Below, piece after piece: positions 1 through 7,068 of a DNA stretch of 10,109 bases (position 1 is the stretch's first letter; every line of letters starts with the position of its first letter). This DNA comes from Myxococcales bacterium (GTDB taxonomy: Bacteria > Myxococcota_A > Polyangia > Polyangiales > Polyangiaceae). The stretch lies in NCBI GenBank assembly GCA_043747615.1, contig JAYTOU010000075.1, positions 1 to 10,109 of the forward strand. Direction: 5' to 3'. Under the pieces are notes generated by a model. That model was not told the origin of the DNA and did no database searches. It saw only the letters and a list, made by a program, of their open reading frames with translations. Made by a program: the position numbers and the translations under genes.

Positions 1-3
1 GAG

Positions 4-116
4 CGTAGGACGAGCAAGGCCCATCGCGATGGCAAGAGGCAGTTGATTTCGGTGACATGATGCGCGAAGTACGACGTTGGTCCTCGAAGTCGACCCAGCC
101 GACTAATTTGGGGCAC
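4..116. repeat. Diverged ~110-bp dispersed repeat, copy A (probable end of an unidentified mobile element; may extend left of the window)
   Basis: Hand alignment of 4-110 with 3094-3199 gives 75/107 identities with one gap, and 33/40 over 71-110 vs 3160-3199. IS1182 transposase similarity stops at the right edge of this copy. Confidence 0.75.
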
Positions 117-117
117 C

Positions 118-1066
118 GCGTCGCCGACGTTGCCTGCCGTCACGTCGGTGGCGACGATGAGCTCCGAGTCGGGGTCGATGGAGATGTGCGCTTTGTAGCC
201 ATCGAAGCCACGCGCGGCGGTCTTGTGACCATGCGCGCTTCGGGATCGACGGTGGAGATGACGCGATCTTCGGCGACACGCCGCGCGATGCGGAAGACGT
301 CATCTCCGGTCTGCTCGAGATCCTGTCCGAGGACGGTGGCGAGGAGCTCGCCGTCTTGACGCCCGCGCGGCTCGAGCGAGCGTCCGTCGAGTACTACGAG
401 AGCGGCGTAGCCGTCGAGTGCGAGCGCATCGACGAGCGCCTCGCGGGCTTTGGCATCGTCCTAATCGCAGGTGGGCTTGCCGGGCTTTCGATACGCGTCG
501 TCGCGCTCGAAACGGCTGCGCATCTCGGCGGCGAGCTCACGATCGACGACTGCGAGTAGGCCGACGAGCGCCGAGCGCACCAAGGTGACGGTGTCTTGCG
601 TCGCGACGGCGTCGTAGAGCGCGGTCGAGTCGAGCACGCGCCTGCGACCGATGAGACCTGCCTCGCGCGCGGCACCGATCACGGCCTCAAAGATGCGATT
701 GGGCCGCTCCGACCGACGAAGGCGCTCGCGCATGTCCACGAGCACGATGTGGACGAATCCGGGGTGATCGAAGTCGAGCGTGCCTGCGGCGTACTTCCAG
801 CGCGCGTCGAAGGCGAAGACATCGACCGCCTCGCGATCGCTCATGCCCGAGTAGCGCTGGAGCACCATCACGACCGCAACGATGCGCGGAGCGATCGACG
901 CCCTGCCGGTGGCGGTGAAGAGATCAGCGAAGGCGTCGTCGGGAAAAAGCTCGTGGGCTTTGGCGGCAAGGAGTCGAAAGATCGAGCGCTCCAGGAGGCG
1001 CGACTCACACAACTCTCGGGTCGAGCGGTACATGTCCTCGTGCGTCGGTGCGCGTCCCAGCGTCAT
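118..1066 (-). pseudogene. IS1182-family transposase pseudogene (DUF772-type N-terminus plus partial DDE domain)
   Basis: ORF 1066-461 carries FPDDAFADLF, GRASIAP, GMSDREAV, DARWKYA and RVLDST motifs. TAG at 463-461 sits where W is expected (GKPTCD*DDAKAREALVDAL). The same frame continues ELLATVLGQD..FRIARRVAEDRVISTVDPEAR. A 1-nt deletion at ~233/234 shifts the frame to HGHKTAARGFDGYKAHISIDPDSELIVATDVTAGNVGDA, and similarity is lost below ~118. Confidence 0.9.
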
Positions 1067-1179
1067 GATCCAAGAGACAGCCGAGTTAGCGAAAATGTTT
1101 CCATGAAGAAGGAGCCGTCGGTGTTTTTAGGAAAGCGCCGCGATCGAATCGAGCGCAGCGAGCCGCGGAGTGGGAGGGA

Positions 1180-1274
1180 CCCCAAAAAACCACGCTTTTT
1201 GGGGGGGAGAGGCGCGTGCCTCTCCATGATGACAAAACACGACGGGGGCTGGTGTTTGAAAAACAACAGTCACC
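1180..1274. other. Three consecutive inverted repeats in the IS leader
   Basis: ccccaaaaa/tttttgggg (1180-1188/1196-1204), ggagaggc/gcctctcc (1206-1213/1218-1225), and gggggctggtgttt/aaacaacagtcacc (1244-1257/1261-1274, 11/14 complementary). Confidence 0.7.
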
Positions 1275-1442
1275 TAGGAGACGTGTCGAGAAGCACCGGC
1301 TCAAAGAGCTGGTCACCGGACTTGCCACGTGTGTGTGCAGACTACAAAACGTAGCGCTCGAGCGGGCAATCGCTTTGCGCAAGATGACTCTCATGAAAGA
1401 ATTGAAGTACGCCTTTCGCACATGGCAGCACGGAGAGTGAAA

Positions 1443-3020
1443 ATGCTTAATCGAACGTGGCGACGCTGGTTGACGGCTGGAACCCTTTCAGCGCTCGCGT
1501 GCGCGCCCGTGGCCTGCGGTGGTGGCGACGGCGCGACCTTCAGCGGCGACGCGGGCGATGAATCGACTCCCGCCACCGACGGAAGCAGCGGCATGGACGG
1601 CACGATGGATCTCGACGGAGGAAACAGCGACACTGCCGCCGACGTCGCGAACGACACCAACGACGCTGCGACCAGCGACGCGACGGACTCAGGCAATGCC
1701 GACGCAAGCGCAGACGCGAACGCCGACGCAAGCGCCGACGCAAGCGCAGACGCGAACGCTGACGCGAACGACGCAGGCCCCTGCACCGCGGTGACGAGCG
1801 GCATCTACTATGTCGACCCGCTCAACGGGCTCGACACCGGGACGGGCAACCTCGGCTGTCCAGTCAAGACGATTACGTACGCGCTTTCGCTCATCGGCGC
1901 TGCGGCGATTCCCACGAGTGTGTACGTCGAGCCGACGGGCACCGTCGCGGCGGGCGAGACCTTCCCCATCGTCGTGCCGCAGAACGTGACCATCCGGACG
2001 GATCCGGCCGCGGCGAGCGACGCGCTCGTGGCCATCGCGTCGGCAACGCTGCCGGCGTTCCGGATGGCTTCACCGCTCTCGACTATCTCTCATCTAATCA
2101 TCGACGGGCAAACGAACACCGGCCTGTCTGGCATCGAGGTCCTGTCGGGAAGCACGGCAACGACGACGATCGATCACCTCAGGGTCCGAAATATGGCGGG
2201 TCCAGGGGTTCGCGTCAGGGACAGTGGTCTCTTGGCCGGCGGCGTTCTCAGCATCGGCGCGGGCGTCGTCGCCACGGCGAACGGAACGGCCATCGCGCGG
2301 AGCAGCGGGCTCGTCATCAATGGCGGCGGCGCCGTGAGCATCTCCAACGCGGCGGGCGCGACCGCCGTCGACCCGACGCACTTCGATGGCAATACCGAGC
2401 ACGGAATCCTCGTCACGGGCAGGGGCAAGCTGACGATCCTCGGCACCGCGGCGATGGGAACGGTGACAGCGAACGGAAATCACTTCGCAGGGCTCTTCAT
2501 CGCGCAGAATCCGGCGCTTGCCGACGGCGGCGGCGCTCCGCCGATGAGCACGATCGACGGTCTCATGGCCTCCAATACGGTCGCCGGCAACGGGGTCCAC
2601 CTCGAAGGCGGATCACAGGTGCAAATTCGCAGCTCGATCTTCATCGGCAACGCCGGCAGCGGCTTGATCGTCGTGTCGCACCCGGCCGGGGGCGGCGCAC
2701 TGATCAGCGACGACGTGCGCGGGATCGATCTCGGGCTCGCTGCCGTGCCCGCCGTGGCTGGCAAGAACGAGTTTCAGCCGCTGTCCGACGCCGGCGCGGG
2801 GCGAAATGCGGGAGCGGGAGTTTGCCTCTCGGTGACCGCGAACGTCGGGGCGCAACTTCAAGCCGCGGGAAATTTCTTCTCGGGGCAAGACTGCACGCAG
2901 ACCATCGCTGGCTCGATCAGCCGCGACAAGACGGGATGCATTGGCTCCGTCGACGTCGGCATCGTTGGGGGCGCGGGAAACTCGAACTCGATCATCACCT
3001 TGAACTGCCCGCAGCTCTGA
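1443..3020 (+). CDS. Putative lipoprotein with DUF1565-like and right-handed beta-helix (pectin lyase-like) domain, 525 aa
   Basis: GGAG at 1432-1435 lies 7 nt before ATG 1443. N-terminus MLNRTWRRWLTAGTLSALACAPVA-C-GGG is a basic n-region, a hydrophobic stretch and a lipobox-like Cys. An acidic D/A/S/G linker follows, then YYVDPLNGLDTGTG..CPVKTITYAL and GETFPIVVP (DUF1565-like), then repeated N-x-x-x-G-I/L/V-x-V turns (NTEHGILV, NHFAGLFI, NAGSGLIV) typical of beta-helices. Confidence 0.85.
   Translation: MLNRTWRRWLTAGTLSALACAPVACGGGDGATFSGDAGDESTPATDGSSGMDGTMDLDGGNSDTAADVANDTNDAATSDATDSGNADASADANADASADASADANADANDAGPCTAVTSGIYYVDPLNGLDTGTGNLGCPVKTITYALSLIGAAAIPTSVYVEPTGTVAAGETFPIVVPQNVTIRTDPAAASDALVAIASATLPAFRMASPLSTISHLIIDGQTNTGLSGIEVLSGSTATTTIDHLRVRNMAGPGVRVRDSGLLAGGVLSIGAGVVATANGTAIARSSGLVINGGGAVSISNAAGATAVDPTHFDGNTEHGILVTGRGKLTILGTAAMGTVTANGNHFAGLFIAQNPALADGGGAPPMSTIDGLMASNTVAGNGVHLEGGSQVQIRSSIFIGNAGSGLIVVSHPAGGGALISDDVRGIDLGLAAVPAVAGKNEFQPLSDAGAGRNAGAGVCLSVTANVGAQLQAAGNFFSGQDCTQTIAGSISRDKTGCIGSVDVGIVGGAGNSNSIITLNCPQL
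1698..1769 (+). repeat. In-frame 12-bp tandem repeat x6 encoding ADAS/ADAN
   Basis: Units gccgacgcaagc, gcagacgcgaac, gccgacgcaagc, gccgacgcaagc, gcagacgcgaac, gctgacgcgaac. Confidence 0.95.
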
Positions 3021-3027
3021 CGCTCGG

Positions 3028-3049
3028 TCAGTGACTCATCAGTGACTCA
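3028..3049. repeat. Perfect 11-bp tandem duplication TCAGTGACTCA x2
   Basis: 3028-3038 and 3039-3049 are identical, starting 8 nt after the lipoprotein stop. Confidence 0.9.
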
Positions 3050-3093
3050 AGTGCGACCTGCGCTGGTCATGATGAATCCGGCGGCCGTGAGGA

Positions 3094-3205
3094 CGTAGGA
3101 AAACCAAGGGTGCTCGCGATCGCAAGCGGCTCTCATTTGGGAGACGGAATCCCGCTTATGCGAAGTTGATCGTCGAAATCGACCAAGCCGACCAATTTGA
3201 GGACC
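3094..3205. repeat. Diverged ~110-bp dispersed repeat, copy B (same orientation as copy A)
   Basis: Shares blocks cgtagga, caagg, tcgcgat, gcaag-ggc, gttg-tc-tcgaa-tcgacc-agccgac-aatttg with 4-110 at conserved spacing. Confidence 0.75.
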
Positions 3206-3247
3206 CCTGACCGCCCGCCAGCTCCGGACGAATGCTAGAAATCTAAA

Positions 3248-3429
3248 TCACACCCCTGCGGAGATGACCGGGCCGCTCTCCTACGGCGACCCATCTACGC
3301 CTGGGTGTTGAGCAACGCGAAGCGCTTGAAGAAGCCCGTTCCGTACGACCATCCGTCAGGCGCGGTCATCCGGGTCAATCTCGACGCGCGGTCAGGAAGA
3401 AGGTCGGCGCCGCACCACCGGCATCTTGA
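3248..3429 (+). pseudogene. C-terminal remnant of an ASCH-domain (PUA-like) protein gene
   Basis: Frame 3293-3390 reads IYAWVLSNAKRLKKPVPYDHPSGAVIRVNLDAR, matching the recalled ASCH-family C-terminal pattern YAWVL..A.RL..PVPY.HPSGAVIWVNL. An upstream piece PAEMTGPLSYGD and a downstream piece VRKKVGAAPPAS* (TGA 3427-3429) lie in other frames. No N-terminal part is found. Boundaries are approximate. Confidence 0.65.
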
Positions 3430-3608
3430 TTCCCGGGCGCGTCGTGAGCCATGGGCGCCTTCTCTTCGAGTCGACGGGGCATCGGGCGAGCAAAGGTTGG
3501 CGACGTTCTCGTGAAGAGCGCTGCTCGTGCCGGGATCAGATTCAGTTCGGTCACCCGGTTTCTTGGTGACCATTCGCGTCCAGCCGAGGTAGGCCGCGGC
3601 GATCGGCC

Positions 3609-3637
3609 TCGAAGCCAAGCCGGGGCACGCGTATAAG
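3609..3637 (+). promoter_or_regulatory. Possible sigma70-type promoter for the kinase operon
   Basis: TCGAAG (3609-3614), 17-nt spacer, TATAAG (3632-3637), ending 8 nt before ATG 3646. Confidence 0.3.
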
Positions 3638-3645
3638 GGCACCGA

Positions 3646-6600
3646 ATGTCCTCGGAATTGCAGCAGCGCTCGCTTCTCGCCCGCCGGCTCACGATCGCGG
3701 TCGCAACCCCGATCGTCCTGCTCGTCGTCTTGGGGGTGCTCCTTGGCCGTCAAATCCTGCAAATGTCCGAGGATGCGCGATGGGTCGATCACACCGACAA
3801 GGTTATCGGTACCGCGAACGATCTGCTTCGGCAGATCATCGACCAAGAGACCGGCCTGCGAGGCTACCTGCTCGCGCAGGAGCGCGTGTTTCTGGAACCG
3901 TTCGACCGCGCGCGTCCGCTCGACAGCTTTGCGCGCCTGCATGATCTGGTCTCGGACGATCCCTCGCAGCAAGCCCGATTTGATGAGGCGCGCCAGCGTT
4001 ACGAGACGTGGCTCGCTATCGCTTTGCCCGTCGTTCAGGGACACGATCTGGAGACCGCGAAGAGCCTGGCCGCTATGCATGAGCGCAAAGCACGCATGGA
4101 TCGCGTGCGCGAATCGCTGCAGCGGGCGGTCGAGTTCGAGGATGGTCAGCGGCGAGCACGCGTCACCGCCTCGGCGGCCTCCATCGCGACGACGAAGGTC
4201 GCATTCCTTGTCTCGCTCGCGGGGTCCGCGGCCTTGCTCGCTTTCCTCTCGCGTCGCCAACTCGGTGCCGTCGCGACGACCTTTGGCGCAGCGCTCGAAG
4301 CCGAAGCGAAAGCGCGCGAGGCGACGGAGGCGGAGGCGTGGATTCGAGCGGGCCACGTCAAGCTTACCGATGCGCTGCAAGGGGAACGAACCATCCAGCA
4401 GCTCGGCGCTGATTGTCTCGCGGTCCTCGCGGTGTATGCGCGCGCGGACGTCGGCGCATTCTTTACGAAAGAAGGCGGCGTGTGGCAGCGACGCGCTGGA
4501 TACGCGCTCGACTCGAGGGCGGCAGGACCGCAGAGCTTTGCGGACGGCGAGGGCATCGTCGGGCGCGTCGCGGCCGAGGGAAAACTTCTCCACCTCCTCG
4601 AGGTGCCGCCCGATTTTCTGAAGCTTCGCTCGGGCACGGGCGAAACCTCGCCCATCGAGCTCGTGGTGATTCCGGCGCGCATCGACGGGATGACGAACGC
4701 GGTGCTCGAGCTTGGCTTCCTCCGAGCCGCGGACGCACGAACACTCGAGATGCTTGGCCGCGTCGGCGGCAGCCTCGCTCTCGCTGTGCGTTCGTCGGAG
4801 TACAAGCAGCAACTCCGCGACCTGCTCGAGGAGGCGCAGCGTCAAACCGAGGCGCTTCAGACGCAACAGGAAGAACTTCGAGTCGTCAACGAGGAGCTCG
4901 AGGCGCAGGCGGCAGTGCAGCTGGCCACGCAAAAACAGCTTGAAACACAGCAGGCGGAGCTCGAGCAGACGAACGACGACCTCGCTCAGCAATCGCAGCT
5001 TCTCGAACAAAAGAATCAACAGCTGACCGACACGCAGGCCGAGATCGCATCCAAGGCCCGTGAGGTCGAGAGGGCGAGTCAGTTCAAGTCGGAGTTTCTA
5101 TCGAACATGTCGCACGAGCTGCGGACGCCGCTCAACAGCTCGCTCATCTTGGCGAAGCTGCTCGCTGACAACAAGGATGGCAACCTCTCCGACGAACAAG
5201 TGAAGTTCGCGTCGACGATCTACGCGGCGGGGAACGATCTTCTGACTCTGATCAACGACATCCTCGATCTGTCGAAGATCGAATCCGGAAAGATGGAGAT
5301 CCACCCGGCAAGCGTTCCGCTCGAGCGCATACGCGGGACCTTGCTGCGGACGTTCGACCCGGTTGCGAAAGAGAAGGGGTTGCGCTTCGGGGTGACCCTC
5401 GCGTCCTCAGCGCCTGTCGTCATGGAGACGGATGCCCAGCGACTCGAGCAGATCCTGAAGAATCTGGTATCGAACGCGCTGAAGTTCACGGACCGCGGCG
5501 AGGTCGTCGTGGAGGTGACTGCGAGTGGCGACCGCGTCACGTTCGCCGTACGAGATACGGGCATCGGCATCCCGAAGGCGCAGCACGAGGTCATCTTCGA
5601 GGCCTTCCGCCAAGCCGATGGAACGACCAACCGAAAGTTCGGGGGAACTGGCCTCGGACTATCGATCTCGCGCGAACTGGCGGGTCTTCTCGCCGGCGAC
5701 ATCTCCGTCACCAGCGACGGCGGCCACGGAAGCACATTCACGCTCTCTCTTCCTCGGGTCTACGCAGGGCCCGTCACGACCACCGAAGCCGACCCGCATC
5801 CATCGAGGCCGCTAGCACCCTCGCGGCCAGCCCCGCGGGTCGACGCTGCGCCGCCCGACTCGGACGAAGGCGCGGAAGTGCTCGAGCCTGGACGACGCAT
5901 CGTGCTCTTGATCGAAGACGACGAGCCGTTCGTGCGCATCCTGACGGAAGTTGCGCGCGAAGCCGGCTTTCAGTGCCTCGCCGCGTCGACCGCGGAGCAA
6001 GGCTTCCGCCTCGCGAAGAAACACACGCCGACCGGCATCGTCCTCGACATGAAGCTACCCGATCACACGGGACTGTACGTACTCGATCGACTCAAGCGCG
6101 ATCCGGCTACGCGTCACATCCCCGTGCACATCATCTCGGCAACCGACTACGTCGAAACGGCCCTCTCGATGGGGGCTGCCGCCTATCTGATCAAGCCGGT
6201 CAAGCGCGAGCAGCTCGTCGCGGCCTTCCGGGCTCTCGAGGCGAGGTCCACCCACCGAGTGCGCCGCGTGCTCGTCGTGGAGGACGATGCCGCGCTCCGC
6301 GAGAGCGTCGCGAGCCTGCTCGGACGGAGCGACGTCGAGATCAGCACCGCCGGTTCGGTTTCCGACGCGCTCGCGTTGCTTCGCGACCGGACGTTTGATT
6401 GCGTCGTCACCGACCTCACCCTTCCGGACCAAAGTGGCTACGACCTGCTCGAGACCATGGCAACACAGGCGCCATACTCGGTGCCTCCGGTGATCGTTTA
6501 CACCGGCCGCGCATTGACCTCCGACGAAGAGCACCGACTTCGGAAATATTCGAATTCCATCATCATCAAAGGGGCGCGCTCGCCGGAGCGGCTTCTCGAT

Positions 6601-7068
6601 GAAGTGACGCTCTTTCTCCACCAAGTCGAATCGGAGCTGCCGCCGGATCAGCAGCGATCACTCAAACAGGCACGCCATCGCGAAGCCGTGTTCGAGGGGC
6701 GCAACATCCTCGTCGTCGAGGACGACGTGCGCAACGTCTTCGCGCTCACGAGCGTGCTCGAACCGAAGGGCGCACGCGTGACGATCGCGCGCAATGGGAA
6801 GGAAGCCCTCGCCGCGCTTGAAAAGGAACCGCACATCGATTTGATCCTGATGGACCTCATGATGCCCGAGATGGACGGTCTCGAAGCGATCCGCGAGATC
6901 CGCAAGAACCCGAAGTGGGCCAAGCTTCCCATCATTGCGCTCACGGCAAAGGCGATGCGCGACGACCAGGAACGGTGCATGGCGGCCGGGGCAAACGACT
7001 ACCTCGCGAAGCCTCTCGATGCTGACGTGCTCTTCTCGCTGCTTCGCGTGTGGATGCCGAAACCGTGA
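3646..7068 (+). CDS. Membrane hybrid sensor histidine kinase: TM-CHASE3-TM-GAF-coiled coil-HisKA-HATPase_c-REC-REC-REC, 1140 aa
   Basis: Two hydrophobic segments flank a CHASE3 signature (WVDHTDKVI..IIDQETGLRGYLL..FLEPF). GAF region: GEGIVGRVA..VLELG. H-box SHELRTPLNS, N-box NLVSNALKFT, G1 DTGIGI, F-box FEAFRQAD, G2 GGTGLGL. Three receivers each retain an acidic pocket, a phospho-Asp (VLDMKLP, VTDLTLP, LMDLMMP) and the conserved Lys. Confidence 0.97.
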   Translation: MSSELQQRSLLARRLTIAVATPIVLLVVLGVLLGRQILQMSEDARWVDHTDKVIGTANDLLRQIIDQETGLRGYLLAQERVFLEPFDRARPLDSFARLHDLVSDDPSQQARFDEARQRYETWLAIALPVVQGHDLETAKSLAAMHERKARMDRVRESLQRAVEFEDGQRRARVTASAASIATTKVAFLVSLAGSAALLAFLSRRQLGAVATTFGAALEAEAKAREATEAEAWIRAGHVKLTDALQGERTIQQLGADCLAVLAVYARADVGAFFTKEGGVWQRRAGYALDSRAAGPQSFADGEGIVGRVAAEGKLLHLLEVPPDFLKLRSGTGETSPIELVVIPARIDGMTNAVLELGFLRAADARTLEMLGRVGGSLALAVRSSEYKQQLRDLLEEAQRQTEALQTQQEELRVVNEELEAQAAVQLATQKQLETQQAELEQTNDDLAQQSQLLEQKNQQLTDTQAEIASKAREVERASQFKSEFLSNMSHELRTPLNSSLILAKLLADNKDGNLSDEQVKFASTIYAAGNDLLTLINDILDLSKIESGKMEIHPASVPLERIRGTLLRTFDPVAKEKGLRFGVTLASSAPVVMETDAQRLEQILKNLVSNALKFTDRGEVVVEVTASGDRVTFAVRDTGIGIPKAQHEVIFEAFRQADGTTNRKFGGTGLGLSISRELAGLLAGDISVTSDGGHGSTFTLSLPRVYAGPVTTTEADPHPSRPLAPSRPAPRVDAAPPDSDEGAEVLEPGRRIVLLIEDDEPFVRILTEVAREAGFQCLAASTAEQGFRLAKKHTPTGIVLDMKLPDHTGLYVLDRLKRDPATRHIPVHIISATDYVETALSMGAAAYLIKPVKREQLVAAFRALEARSTHRVRRVLVVEDDAALRESVASLLGRSDVEISTAGSVSDALALLRDRTFDCVVTDLTLPDQSGYDLLETMATQAPYSVPPVIVYTGRALTSDEEHRLRKYSNSIIIKGARSPERLLDEVTLFLHQVESELPPDQQRSLKQARHREAVFEGRNILVVEDDVRNVFALTSVLEPKGARVTIARNGKEALAALEKEPHIDLILMDLMMPEMDGLEAIREIRKNPKWAKLPIIALTAKAMRDDQERCMAAGANDYLAKPLDADVLFSLLRVWMPKP

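Larger units (their letters stand above)
118..1277 (-). mobile_element. Truncated IS1182-family insertion sequence; putative left end at CTAG 1274-1277, right end missing
   Basis: Transposase remnant plus ~210 bp of upstream leader that begins CTAGGTGACTGTTG on the minus strand. The boundary is inferred from recalled resemblance to CTAG-bounded ends of related elements; no partner IR is present in the window. Confidence 0.65.

Noticed and set aside
461..463. Programmed stop read-through or recoding of the transposase TAG
   Set aside because: A further frameshift and a truncation downstream show ordinary decay, and no slippery sequence is present at 233/234.
596..1354. 252-aa plus-strand ORF, and likewise 57-359 and 356-559
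   Set aside because: Antisense to the IS1182 transposase and its leader; no domain signal.
1329..1442. Longer start for the lipoprotein given by the ORF track
   Set aside because: It would bury the signal peptide; ATG 1443 has a well-spaced GGAG.
1698..3049. CRISPR array interpretation of the short repeats at 1698-1769 and 3028-3049
   Set aside because: The units are 11-12 bp, directly tandem without spacers, and there are no cas genes.
3295..5019. 574-aa minus-strand ORF
   Set aside because: Antisense shadow of the hybrid kinase; no recognisable motifs, and long shadow ORFs are expected in high-GC coding DNA.
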